A stretch of 64,000 nt of DNA from an uncultured Methanosarcinales archaeon (GTDB taxonomy: Archaea; Nanobdellota; Nanobdellia; Woesearchaeales; CAXGTL01). The stretch covers positions 62,001 to 126,000 of the forward strand of contig CAZHVK010000003.1 of NCBI GenBank assembly GCA_964535955.1, written 5' to 3'. The notes beneath the pieces were generated by a model, which did not search any database, was not told the DNA's origin, and saw only the letters and a list, made by a program, of their open reading frames with translations. The translations under genes and the position numbers were made by a program. Shown in pieces: positions 20,405-30,763 of this stretch (the first letter of the stretch is position 1; each line of letters starts with the position of its first letter).

Positions 20405-21382
20405 CTAAATAAGTGATTTTGATTTTTCAGGATCCCCACTTCTCTTCATCACTGATTTTCCAGCCATTAACTTAGGAACAGATTTTCTTCCTTTTAGATA
20501 ATGTACAGGATTCAAAGATTTAAGAACTGTTTTTATTTGTCCTGGGTCTTGCCTATCTTTTAATTCGTCTTCAAAATAACCAATTCTTCCTGTTTCTTTT
20601 GCAAGTATACCAAAGATTACATCAACAACTCTAGAAGCATCAGGTAATACTGCAATATGATCTTCTCCTAAAAGCGACTTCCAAGAGTCATATACTACTT
20701 TATTTGTTCCAGTCATCCCATCACTAGAACAAGTGTCATATGACTTGATCACTAAATAGACAGAATATTTCCTTTGTAATTCTTTTACCAATCCTTCTGC
20801 ACTTAATCTATTTTCTAATGCATTATATGTCCAATTTTTTGCTTGTTTTTTATCAACAGATGGATACATTTTTTCATCTCCAATAAAGATAAATATTGGA
20901 TTCACCGCATTACTCATCTCAACATTTCTTGCATAATACAATGCTGCTAAGTCATAACTTTCTTGAATTTGGCCACCACCACCACCTTCAACTACTAATT
21001 CTTTTAATCTCTTTTCTAGATCAGTGCCTTTTGTAAAAGGTCTTACTTGCAATGGATAATTATCACAATATGCATCACCAACAGCTGCAAAACTAATTTC
21101 CATATCTTCACCAAGGTATTCTTTACCTTCTAATTCAAGATATGGCAGCTTAGAAAATATTGTTGCTGGCCAATCACCCATTGATCCTGTTACATCACAA
21201 GCAATTACCAATGGTGATATACATTTTGTTTCTAATTTTCCAGGCACAAGATCTTTTGGATCTTTTCCAGAACTAACTGCATCACCGTAACTTCTACCTA
21301 CATGCCTATCATATGTTTTACGTGCAGTTTTAAAACTATATCCTGTCCACGGTCCTGGGTCATAATCTCCTGCTTCAGACAT
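20405..21382 (-). CDS. Intracellular vWA-domain protein
   Basis: MIDAS-like DVTGSM, VGD..D..PLQV, EGGGGG..ESY, IFIGDE. No signal peptide. Confidence 0.85.
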   Translation of the reverse strand: MSEAGDYDPGPWTGYSFKTARKTYDRHVGRSYGDAVSSGKDPKDLVPGKLETKCISPLVIACDVTGSMGDWPATIFSKLPYLELEGKEYLGEDMEISFAAVGDAYCDNYPLQVRPFTKGTDLEKRLKELVVEGGGGGQIQESYDLAALYYARNVEMSNAVNPIFIFIGDEKMYPSVDKKQAKNWTYNALENRLSAEGLVKELQRKYSVYLVIKSYDTCSSDGMTGTNKVVYDSWKSLLGEDHIAVLPDASRVVDVIFGILAKETGRIGYFEDELKDRQDPGQIKTVLKSLNPVHYLKGRKSVPKLMAGKSVMKRSGDPEKSKSLI

Positions 21383-21467
21383 TTTTTATCCCTCCATATA
21401 TTTTATACCTTATTTTTAGGGATTACAAACTAGCAAGATCAGTTACTCATCCCCAAAAAATTTTGTT

Positions 21468-22469
21468 TTATAAGCCCGGTATTGGCTTAAAACCAGAGCT
21501 GATTCTTCCAAAACTTTCTTTTCTTACTTTCCTTATTGTTTCACATAAATCTTCTTTATGCCAGTTAGGTCTTGAAAGAACATCTCTAACAATTAATCTT
21601 CTAATGAATTCACATAAAGGATCAGGAACATAATTAGGCACTTTTTTTCTTTGAACATCACCACCTACCGCATATATCATAGTTATACCTAAACCATAGA
21701 AGTCTGATTCTGGAATCAAAACATCTCCTGCCTGTTGTTCAGGAGAAGCAAAATAAGGTGTATAACCCTTGCAATAAGATTCATCTTTAGGTCTTATAAG
21801 TGATAGACCATAATCTACCAAAACAACAGTATGATCTTTAGGTTGAATAATAATATTCTGTGGCTTAACATCACCATGAACAACACCATGATAGTGTAAA
21901 TATTTTAATGCATTTAATGCACGCTCAGAAATCCAAGCAACATGTTCAGGATCTAATTTTCCAACTTTTGTGACTAATTGTTCAATAGTAGGACCAGGAA
22001 CATAACTCATAACAATTGCAGGACTACCATCTTCTAATTTTAAGATATCCCTCATAGTAGGAATACTAAAATGTCTTAAATCCCATATTGCTTTTGCTTC
22101 TTCTATTAATATCAATTCATCCTGAGGAGAAACATAATGACCATGCTTGATACAAACTGGTTCTTCAGCAATCATGTGCTCACCCTTATATGTCTTGCCA
22201 AAACCACCTTCTGCAAGTTGTTCTATAATCCTATAATTCCCAATAATCTTTCCTTCTAGATTATTTCTTTCATAATCATATTTTTCCTTTTTCTTAGGAC
22301 TCAAAAGAATTCTTTTAGCCTCGTTAATGGATTTTGCTAAATCTTCATCACCCTTTTTATCAGGGTGATATTCTTTCATTAATGTTTTATAAGCAGCTTG
22401 TATCACAGAAGGTCTTGCCCTTGGGCTTACTTCAAGAATTTCATATAAACTATAATTTTTATTTTTCAT
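21468..22469 (-). CDS. DnaJ J-domain fused to a Hanks-type Ser/Thr protein kinase
   Basis: YEILEV..AYKTL..YHPDK..INEAKRIL..YD (J domain with HPD). Kinase motifs AEGGFG, CIK, HGDVKPQN, DYG, ASPE, SDFYGLG. Confidence 0.92.
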   Translation of the reverse strand: MKNKNYSLYEILEVSPRARPSVIQAAYKTLMKEYHPDKKGDEDLAKSINEAKRILLSPKKKEKYDYERNNLEGKIIGNYRIIEQLAEGGFGKTYKGEHMIAEEPVCIKHGHYVSPQDELILIEEAKAIWDLRHFSIPTMRDILKLEDGSPAIVMSYVPGPTIEQLVTKVGKLDPEHVAWISERALNALKYLHYHGVVHGDVKPQNIIIQPKDHTVVLVDYGLSLIRPKDESYCKGYTPYFASPEQQAGDVLIPESDFYGLGITMIYAVGGDVQRKKVPNYVPDPLCEFIRRLIVRDVLSRPNWHKEDLCETIRKVRKESFGRISSGFKPIPGL

Positions 22470-22584
22470 TTCAAATATAAGGTAGTAAGCATACAATATA
22501 TACATAACGTACTTTCAATAAGCTAAAAACGTTTTGTAAGTATTAATAGAAAAGTTTAAATACTAGTTTTACTAACCAAGATAT

Positions 22585-23529
22585 ATGGAAATCAGAAAGC
22601 TGGTTAAAAGTGGAAATTCCTCATTAGTTGTTGCAATTCCCAGAATTTGGATTAAAAGAAATAAATTAAAACCAGGAAATAGAGTGTACATTGATGATGA
22701 TAAGAACAAATTAATTCTCCACACAGAATTAAAAAAAAGAAAAACAGAAAAAAAAGAAAAAGTGATAAATGTTGATGGAAAAAGAGAAAAAACAATTTGG
22801 GCAGATATTGTTACAGCTTATCTTGATGATTATTATCACCTTATTATTAAAGGAAAAGAATTAAAAAAACATAGAATATTAGTTAAAAAAACAATCTATG
22901 AATTAGTAGCTTTAGAATTGGTTGATGAATCCTCAGAAAGAATAATTGCAAAAAGTTTTCTTAATTTTGAGGATGCAGAATTAAAATTATTGATTAGAAG
23001 AGTTGATAATATATTAAGGTCCATGTTTATTGATTGTAAAGAATCAGCACACAATGCAGAATTATTCCTAACAGTAAAAGATACTGATAGAGAAGTTAAT
23101 AGGTTAAGTTTGTTAATACTCAAATTATTAAAAGTAGCTTATCTTGATAAATCAGTATTAGCTTCATTAGAAATTTCAGAATCAGAAATTATTAAATATT
23201 GGGATTTAAATCTTCATTTAGAAAAAATTGGTGATAGAATTAAAAATGTTGCAGAATTAATACATAAACTAAAATCTAAGAAGAAAAAAGATTTTTTAAA
23301 ATTCTTTTCAAAAGTTGAAAAAATGTATTTAGACATTATGAAATCCTTTTATACTTCTTCATTTGCTTTAACAGACGAAGTATATAATAAAAGAATATCT
23401 GTAGTAGGAGAACTTAAAGAATATATTCAAAAAAATAAAGATCCAATATACTCACAGATAGCAATCAATGCATTTAATTTAACAACACACATAACAGACA
23501 TTGGAAGGGTTGTAAGATTTATGAGTTGA
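22585..23529 (+). CDS. AbrB/MazE-PhoU family regulator
   Basis: N-terminal RKLVKSGNSSLVVAIPRIW (AbrB-like), PhoU-type DREVNR and LEKIGD. Confidence 0.85.
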   Translation: MEIRKLVKSGNSSLVVAIPRIWIKRNKLKPGNRVYIDDDKNKLILHTELKKRKTEKKEKVINVDGKREKTIWADIVTAYLDDYYHLIIKGKELKKHRILVKKTIYELVALELVDESSERIIAKSFLNFEDAELKLLIRRVDNILRSMFIDCKESAHNAELFLTVKDTDREVNRLSLLILKLLKVAYLDKSVLASLEISESEIIKYWDLNLHLEKIGDRIKNVAELIHKLKSKKKKDFLKFFSKVEKMYLDIMKSFYTSSFALTDEVYNKRISVVGELKEYIQKNKDPIYSQIAINAFNLTTHITDIGRVVRFMS

Positions 23530-23555
23530 GCCTATGAATTGAATCTAATTCTTAT

Positions 23556-24269
23556 TCAATCCTTTAACACAAAATAAATCCTTCTATTTCCTTTCCCCTT
23601 ATTACTTGACTTAAGAAACTCAATCACTCCAATCTCTTTAACATTCTTTACTTGTGTTCCGCCATCAGGTTGCTTATCTAGATCAGGAAGGTCAACAATA
23701 CGAAGTTGTTTGATTGCAGGCGGAAGCACAGAAGCCAATTTCATCATATTTGGATCATTTACACATTCCTCACGATCCATATAATAAATCTTAACATCAT
23801 GCTCACCAGAAATATATTCATTAGACTTAACAATAGCTTGTTTCAACAACTCAGGATCATATTTCTCAATATTAAAGTCAACACGAGATTTATCTATTCC
23901 TATTTGATTACCAGTAATTTTTGCACCATAATCTTTAAACAAAAACCCACACAAAACATGACATGCAGTATGCATTCTCATTAATTTATATCTGCGATCC
24001 CAATTAAGAATTCCCTTTACTTTATCACCTATTTTCAAACCAGGTTTATCAATTTCTAAAGAAATATCATTGCCAAACTTTTTTGCAAAGACAATATTAA
24101 ACTCTTCACCAGAATCATTGACCAATTTACCCTCATCATGAGGTTGCCCACCTGACTCACCATAAAACAAGCTTTTATCTAAGACAATAAACTTATCATC
24201 TTTAACAGAAACAACTTGTGCTTCAAATTCTTTTTCATAACTATTATCTAAGTATAGTAATTCAGTCAT
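23556..24269 (-). CDS. alaX: Alanyl-tRNA editing protein AlaX (AlaXM type)
   Basis: LY.DNSY, FYGESGGQPHDEG, MRMHTACH, DKQPDGGTQV, NKGKGNRR. The second His of the C/DGGTH motif reads Q. Confidence 0.88.
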   Translation of the reverse strand: MTELLYLDNSYEKEFEAQVVSVKDDKFIVLDKSLFYGESGGQPHDEGKLVNDSGEEFNIVFAKKFGNDISLEIDKPGLKIGDKVKGILNWDRRYKLMRMHTACHVLCGFLFKDYGAKITGNQIGIDKSRVDFNIEKYDPELLKQAIVKSNEYISGEHDVKIYYMDREECVNDPNMMKLASVLPPAIKQLRIVDLPDLDKQPDGGTQVKNVKEIGVIEFLKSSNKGKGNRRIYFVLKD

Positions 24270-24729
24270 TTTTTCCTCCCCCAAATATTTCATAAGACTT
24301 TATAACAACATCATATAAATTTCTCAAAGAGCCTTTAAGATTATATAATAAATCAACACTTGCAAAACTTCCAGCAGGCTTTCCTTTATTTTCTATTGAT
24401 TTAAGATATTCTTCATTAAATTTAGACCTATCGTGAATTCTAGCAGAAATTATTGAAACATTTCTGTCATCACAAAAATCAATTAATTTTTGTACCAAAT
24501 CTTTAGAAGAATTATCAGGATAAATCTGTTTTTCAGTAACTGCTCTCGCTTCTTTAATCACACCCTCTTTTAATGAATAAATCACTTTAAAATATTTATC
24601 TAAATATTTTATAGGAAAACTATTAGCTGTTGATTCTGAATCTGAATTAGGATATACTTTATCAAATTCACAATTTGAATCTTTTAATAAACTTATAAAT
24701 TCTACTAAATTAAGTTCTCCAAAATTCAT
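24262..24729 (-). CDS. Hypothetical protein
   Basis: 155-aa ORF overlapping both valS and alaX in an operon-like arrangement. Confidence 0.6.
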   Translation of the reverse strand: MNFGELNLVEFISLLKDSNCEFDKVYPNSDSESTANSFPIKYLDKYFKVIYSLKEGVIKEARAVTEKQIYPDNSSKDLVQKLIDFCDDRNVSIISARIHDRSKFNEEYLKSIENKGKPAGSFASVDLLYNLKGSLRNLYDVVIKSYEIFGGGKND

Positions 24730-27185
24730 TTCTTCTCAACCACACCTAACTCAATACCTAACTCAACAGGGTAATTATTACAAGCAATAGAAACCTCTTG
24801 ATCAAATACAATCGCTTCAGCATGAGTTACAGCTTTTATATCTTCAACAACTTTCATCAAAGCTTCCCTATGTTCTTGTTTTTCACATTTTATAACCAAA
24901 CGTTTCAAAGGAGCTTTTAATGATACCTTATTATCTGATTTGAATTTACGGACAGTGCTGATAACCTCGATTGCAACATCACCAGACAACTCAGCACTTT
25001 CATCAATCATTGATTCATTAATTTCAGGCCATTTAGAAATATGAATGCTTTCTATTTTTGTTTTTTTTTTAAAATATGATTGATAAATATGTTCAGTAAT
25101 ATAAGGCATAAATGGTGAATAAAGTTTTAAAACATTAAACAAAACATTGTACAGAGTATATTGAGCACTTTTCCTTTCCTCAACACCTCGAGAATCAGGA
25201 TTATAAAGACGATCTTTAACAACCTCTAAATAATTATCACAAAAAGTTTGCCAAAAGAATTTATCAGTCTCTAATCTAGGCCTAGAAAACCTAAATTTAT
25301 CAAATCTTTCAGTTGCAAATTTTACTAATCTGTTCATTTTTGATAATATCCATTTATCAAAAACTTGCAATGTAGGTTTAGACAAATCATAATCTTCTAA
25401 GTGCATTATTGAAAATTTAGATGCATTGAAAATTTTTGTTACTGTTTTCTTACCAGCAACTACATCTTTTTCAGGAAAAGGTAAATCTTCACCAAGTTTA
25501 CAACCACCAGCCATAAAACGAAGAGCATCTGCAGAATATTTCTTAATCATAACCTGAGGTTCAATAACATTACCCTTAGATTTAGACATTTTTTTACCTT
25601 TAGGATCCAGCATCCAACCATTGACAAAACAATGGTTCCAAGGTTTAAGATTAAAATGTAATTTACTTTTTATAACAGTATTAAATAACCAGAATGTGAT
25701 TATATCATGACCCTGAGGTCTTAGATTCATAGGATTTTTTCTTAATTTTTCATAAATTGTATGATTCTTAAACAACTCAATAACAATTGTTGGTGTTAAT
25801 GAACTTGTAGCCCATGTATTTATTATATCTTTCTCACCAATGAATTCAGAACATCCACATTTAGAGCATTTATCAACAGGAGCTTTGTCTTCCAAAGGAT
25901 CTACAGGAAGATCTTCTTCACGAGCAAGAATAACTTCATCACATTTTTTACAATACCAAACCGGAAATGGTATACCAAAAGGAAGCTGACGAGAAATACA
26001 CCAATCCCAAGCAAGACCATTTACCCAATTATCATATCTGTTTTTCATATGCTTAGGGTGCCATTCCAATTCATTACCCCAAGCAAGCATTTTATCTTTT
26101 AGATCTAAATATTTAATAAACCATTGTTTGGAATGAATAAATTCGACTGTTGTTCCACATCTTTCGTGAACATTAACAAAATGTTTTATAGGTTTTTGTC
26201 CTTTAAGTAATTCATTTTTTTTAAGATCTACAATAATTTGTTTACGTGCATTTTCAATTTTCATACCTTCATACTTTCCAGACAATTTAGTCATCAAACC
26301 ATTTTTATCAATTGCTTCTTTTATTGGTAATTTATGTGCTTTTTGCCATTCCATATCAGCTTGATCACCAAAAGTACAGCACATAACAATTCCTGTTCCT
26401 TTTTCAGGATCTGCCCTATGATCTTCTAAAATAGGAACTTCAAAATCAAATAAAGGAACTTTTGCTTTCTTACCTTTTAATTTTTTAAAACGATTATCAT
26501 CAGGATGATAAAATACAGCAACACATGCAGGCAACAATTCTGGCCTAGTTGTTGCAATTATTAATTCTTTATCACCTACTTTAAACACAATATCATTAAA
26601 ATAAGAACTAATTTCTTTATCTTCACATTCAACCTGCGCAATTGCAGTTTTACATTTAGGGCAAAAGATGGCAGGAGCTTCTGTCCTATATTCCCTACCA
26701 ATTTTATACAAATCAATAAAAGATTTTTGAGAAATTCTTTGACAATGAGGATCGATTGTTGAATAATTGATTGTAAAATCACAACTAATTCCTAACCTTT
26801 TCCAATCATTAGTATAACTAGGTTTTAATTCATTATTCAAAGTGTCCAAACATAATTTTCTAAATTCTTTTCTATGCATGTTTGCTGCTTTAACCTTTTT
26901 CAATTTTTCAACAAGTAATTTCGTTGGTAAACCATTATCATCAGTACCAAAAGGTTGCAAAACATTAAATCCTTTCATTCTTTTGTATCTTGCAATAAAA
27001 TCTTGTTGACTATTACCAAATGCATGGCCTATATGCATTTTTCCACTAACAGTCGGAGGAGGAGTATCAATTACAAACAAAGGTTTATCAGAATCAGGAT
27101 CAAACTTATAAATAACATTATTCTCCCAAAACTTTAATATATTGGGCTCTTCAATTTGAGGATCATATTTCTTAGCTAATTCCAT
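24726..27185 (-). CDS. valS: Valine--tRNA ligase (archaeal type)
   Basis: DTPPPTVSG.MHIGH, ATTRPEL, GTGIVMCCTFGD, WDWCISRQ, RPQGHDII, KMSKS. Confidence 0.96.
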   Translation of the reverse strand: MELAKKYDPQIEEPNILKFWENNVIYKFDPDSDKPLFVIDTPPPTVSGKMHIGHAFGNSQQDFIARYKRMKGFNVLQPFGTDDNGLPTKLLVEKLKKVKAANMHRKEFRKLCLDTLNNELKPSYTNDWKRLGISCDFTINYSTIDPHCQRISQKSFIDLYKIGREYRTEAPAIFCPKCKTAIAQVECEDKEISSYFNDIVFKVGDKELIIATTRPELLPACVAVFYHPDDNRFKKLKGKKAKVPLFDFEVPILEDHRADPEKGTGIVMCCTFGDQADMEWQKAHKLPIKEAIDKNGLMTKLSGKYEGMKIENARKQIIVDLKKNELLKGQKPIKHFVNVHERCGTTVEFIHSKQWFIKYLDLKDKMLAWGNELEWHPKHMKNRYDNWVNGLAWDWCISRQLPFGIPFPVWYCKKCDEVILAREEDLPVDPLEDKAPVDKCSKCGCSEFIGEKDIINTWATSSLTPTIVIELFKNHTIYEKLRKNPMNLRPQGHDIITFWLFNTVIKSKLHFNLKPWNHCFVNGWMLDPKGKKMSKSKGNVIEPQVMIKKYSADALRFMAGGCKLGEDLPFPEKDVVAGKKTVTKIFNASKFSIMHLEDYDLSKPTLQVFDKWILSKMNRLVKFATERFDKFRFSRPRLETDKFFWQTFCDNYLEVVKDRLYNPDSRGVEERKSAQYTLYNVLFNVLKLYSPFMPYITEHIYQSYFKKKTKIESIHISKWPEINESMIDESAELSGDVAIEVISTVRKFKSDNKVSLKAPLKRLVIKCEKQEHREALMKVVEDIKAVTHAEAIVFDQEVSIACNNYPVELGIELGVVEKK

Positions 27186-27293
27186 ATTAGAAACAGTATG
27201 TGTTATAGTATTTAAAAAGGTTATTATTTATAATGTACAATATATACATTAATTCCAAGAAACCTTAATAAACAACCAATTCTTCCCAAATCC

Positions 27294-28508
27294 ATGTCAA
27301 ACCAACCATGGACTAGAAAATATCAACCAAGAAATTCTAAAGAAATATTTGGTCAGAACAAAGCAATTGAAATGCTAAAATATTACATAAATAATTATAA
27401 ACAACAAAAAAAGAAAGCAGTAATATTATATGGAATGCCTGGAAATGGAAAAACAAGTTCAATTTATGCATTAGCCAATGAATTTGATATGGAAATAATC
27501 GAAATAAATGCTTCAGATTTTAGAAATAAAGAACAAGTTGAATCATTAGTAGGTAATGCATCGCAACAAATGTCATTATTTATGAAAGAAAAAATAATAT
27601 TATTTGATGAAATAGATGGCCTTAGTGGAAGTAAGGATAAAGGAGGGATATCAGCAATAACAAAAATCATAGAAAAAAGTAAATTTCCAATAATTATGAC
27701 AGCAAATAACCCATATAATAAAAAACTTTCTACACTAAGAAAAAAATGTGAAATGATTCAGTTCACAACACTTTCATATATATCTATATACAATTGTCTG
27801 AAAAACATTTCTAAACAAGAAAACATTGAATATGATGAAAATACACTAAAAACATTAGCAAGAGTTCAAGGTGGTGATTTAAGAGGTGCAATAACAGACT
27901 TACAATTACTTTCAACAAATAAATCACTTAATAAACAGATAATAGAAGAATTATCATCAAGGAACCAAAAACAATCAATGTTAAAAGCTTTAGTCAAAAT
28001 ATTTAAAAATTCTAAACCAGAGATAGCAGTTTCAGCATTTGATGATGTTGATGAAGACTTAAATAGATCTTTATTATGGATTGATGAAAACTTACCAAAA
28101 GAATACAAAAAACCAAAAGATCTTTACAATGCATATTTATTTTTATCAAAATCAGAAATATTTAATTCAAGAATTAAAAGATGGCAGTATTGGCGTTTAT
28201 TGGTTTATTTTAATATACTCATGACAGCAGGTGTTGCAGTTAGTAAAGATGAGAAATATAAACATTTTATAATTTATAGGCCTACAACAAGAATTTTAAA
28301 ATTGTGGAGAGCAAAGATGAAATATTCGAAAAAAAAAGATATTGCAAAAAAGATTGCACAAAAAACACATACAAGTTCTAAGAGGGCAGTAAATAGCATT
28401 TTACCATTTATCAAAGTTTGTTTTAAAAAAGATAAAGAATTCTCAAAAAAAATAATTAAAGAATTAAAACTAAGTGATGATGAAATAAATTATTTAAGGA
28501 CTTCTTAA
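27294..28508 (+). CDS. rfcL: Replication factor C large subunit
   Basis: WTRKYQP, Walker A GMPGNGKT, EINASDFR, DEIDG, GDLRGAI, WIDEN, QYWRL. Confidence 0.93.
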   Translation: MSNQPWTRKYQPRNSKEIFGQNKAIEMLKYYINNYKQQKKKAVILYGMPGNGKTSSIYALANEFDMEIIEINASDFRNKEQVESLVGNASQQMSLFMKEKIILFDEIDGLSGSKDKGGISAITKIIEKSKFPIIMTANNPYNKKLSTLRKKCEMIQFTTLSYISIYNCLKNISKQENIEYDENTLKTLARVQGGDLRGAITDLQLLSTNKSLNKQIIEELSSRNQKQSMLKALVKIFKNSKPEIAVSAFDDVDEDLNRSLLWIDENLPKEYKKPKDLYNAYLFLSKSEIFNSRIKRWQYWRLLVYFNILMTAGVAVSKDEKYKHFIIYRPTTRILKLWRAKMKYSKKKDIAKKIAQKTHTSSKRAVNSILPFIKVCFKKDKEFSKKIIKELKLSDDEINYLRTS

Positions 28509-28601
28509 ATTATATAAGTTATGAAAAATCACCAATTAATCAAAATGTGCAGGCATATATATAGATAAATTTATATAGAATATTAACAAACTAAATAAAT
28601 A

Positions 28602-30722
28602 ATGAAAAAAAAGTTGTTGATATTTATTATAATATTTCTAATTTTGTTTAGTTTAAATAATATTGCAATGATAAAAGAAGACAAGAATGTAAATGAAAAT
28701 TATAATTTAGGTGATATGATCACCACTTCAGGGTTTATTTTATTAGAAGAAAATATGCTAGCAAATTTTAAAATAAAATTAGTATGCTCAAATGAAGAGA
28801 AATTATTGATGACAAAGATATTTAATGTTGAAAAAAACGAAAAACATAATTTTGAAGAAAAATTATTTATTCCTTTGTTTTATGAAGATAAATGTAAATT
28901 AAAATATGAAATCCTAAAAAATCAATTAATAATTGATGAGGCAACCTCTAATGATTTTATACTTGTCAAAGATATAAATGCAAACATATCCATGGATAAA
29001 AAAGAGATCCAATTGGGTGAATCCATAACCTTAAATGGGAGAATTACTAAACTAAATAATCAACAAACAAAAGGAACAGCTTTGATAACAATTGAAAAGG
29101 ATGGGGAAACATTCCTCGTTTTTAATTCTGATATAAATGAAGGAATTTTAGAAGAAAAAATTGGACCTGTATTTATCCCAAATGGTGATTATGATTTAAT
29201 TGTTTATGTTAGAGATGCATATGGTAATGAAAAAACAATAAAAGATATAAGATTTAATGTTTTAACAAAAATAAATTTAACAACAGAGATAGATGATGCA
29301 AGATATTTTCCAGAGGAAACAATTAAAATAAGTGGTGAGATTAATAATTTTAAAGAAATCTCAAATGAGTTTACTTTAAAAGTAAGATTAAATGATTATA
29401 AAGAAGAAAAAAAGATCTCAAATAAATTCAAACATAAATTAACCATTCCAAAAGATACAAAATCAAATGAAAATATTCTTACTATAGAAATTCTTGATAA
29501 ATATGGTAACAAAGGTGTGGAAGAACATAAAATATATATAATACCCATAATAAAAGAAATAGTGCTAAAAACCAACAAAGAAGAATTTATTCCTGATGAA
29601 GATTTAATGATAAATATTACATTATTAGATCAAGCAAAACATGTTGTTTATGATGAGATTAAAATAAGTATAAAAAAAGGTTTTTTCAACATTTACAAAG
29701 AAATTATAAATTCTAAAAATTTATTAAAATATAAAATTGATAAAGATTTAAGTAATAAAGAAATAAAAATAATTGCTAATTACGAAAAATTAGAATCTGA
29801 GAAAAAAATAATAATTATGTCTGAACAAACAAAAGAAGACAAACAAGAAAACAAAGGATTAAACTATCTGGCAGGAAACTTGGTTAAAGATATAAGATCT
29901 AATAATAATATAATTTATGCATTGATTATCCTCTTCTTATTACTTGTTTTAATATTTGTATTTTCACATTCAAAATTAAGAAAAGAAATAACGCATGTAT
30001 TTAAAACAAAAATGGATAAATCAGAAAAAGTTAAAAAAAAATTACAAAACAAAATAAAAGAAAAACATAAAGAAAAAAAAGAATTAGAACAAACATTTCA
30101 TAAATACATAGACCCTGCTATTGCTAAAAAATTAATAAATGATAAAGACAATAAAGAAGGCATCAAAAAAAATGTAACTGTTTTATTTGCCGATATGAGA
30201 GGTTTTACAAGATTAGCTGAAAAAGGAGATTTTGAAGATATTTCAGAAAATTTGAATATATTCTATAAAGCAGTAAACAGTTCAATAAAGATTTATAATG
30301 GTATAATAGACCAATTAGTTGGTGATCAAGTGTTTGCATTATTTAATGTAACAAAAGAAGATAAAAATCATATCTTGAATGCTATAAAAGCAGCTATCAA
30401 AATAAGACAAAATCTTAAGAATGTAAATAAACAACTTATAAAAAAGAACAAAAAATTAATAAAAGCAGGAATAGGAATTAATTCTGGGGAAGTATTATTA
30501 AGTCATATTGGTTCTGATAATATGTTAAGATACACTGCAATAGGTAATACTGTAAACCTTGGTGCAAGATTACAAGGAAAAGCTAAACACAGCCAAATAT
30601 TAATCACACAAGAGACATACAAATTAATAAAAAATGAAATAGAAGTTGAAGATTTAGGTTATATGAATTTCAAAAATATTAGTAAACAAATAAATGTGTT
30701 TAATGTTATTGGTTTAAAATGA
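28602..30722 (+). CDS. Membrane-anchored class III nucleotide cyclase with a large extracellular beta-rich region
   Basis: Signal peptide, single TM, coiled coil, then TFHKYI, VTVLFADMRGFT, GDQVFALF, GIGINSG, YTAIGNTVNLGARL. Confidence 0.9.
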   Translation: MKKKLLIFIIIFLILFSLNNIAMIKEDKNVNENYNLGDMITTSGFILLEENMLANFKIKLVCSNEEKLLMTKIFNVEKNEKHNFEEKLFIPLFYEDKCKLKYEILKNQLIIDEATSNDFILVKDINANISMDKKEIQLGESITLNGRITKLNNQQTKGTALITIEKDGETFLVFNSDINEGILEEKIGPVFIPNGDYDLIVYVRDAYGNEKTIKDIRFNVLTKINLTTEIDDARYFPEETIKISGEINNFKEISNEFTLKVRLNDYKEEKKISNKFKHKLTIPKDTKSNENILTIEILDKYGNKGVEEHKIYIIPIIKEIVLKTNKEEFIPDEDLMINITLLDQAKHVVYDEIKISIKKGFFNIYKEIINSKNLLKYKIDKDLSNKEIKIIANYEKLESEKKIIIMSEQTKEDKQENKGLNYLAGNLVKDIRSNNNIIYALIILFLLLVLIFVFSHSKLRKEITHVFKTKMDKSEKVKKKLQNKIKEKHKEKKELEQTFHKYIDPAIAKKLINDKDNKEGIKKNVTVLFADMRGFTRLAEKGDFEDISENLNIFYKAVNSSIKIYNGIIDQLVGDQVFALFNVTKEDKNHILNAIKAAIKIRQNLKNVNKQLIKKNKKLIKAGIGINSGEVLLSHIGSDNMLRYTAIGNTVNLGARLQGKAKHSQILITQETYKLIKNEIEVEDLGYMNFKNISKQINVFNVIGLK

Positions 30723-30763
30723 AAAAGAAAAAATATTAAAAAATTCAAAAATAAAAAAATTAT

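Noticed and set aside
27186..27293. Val-rich leader peptide upstream of valS (and Leu-rich leader upstream of leuS, 53045..53364)
   Set aside because: No short ORF enriched in the cognate codons; both genes look leaderless directly after TATA boxes.
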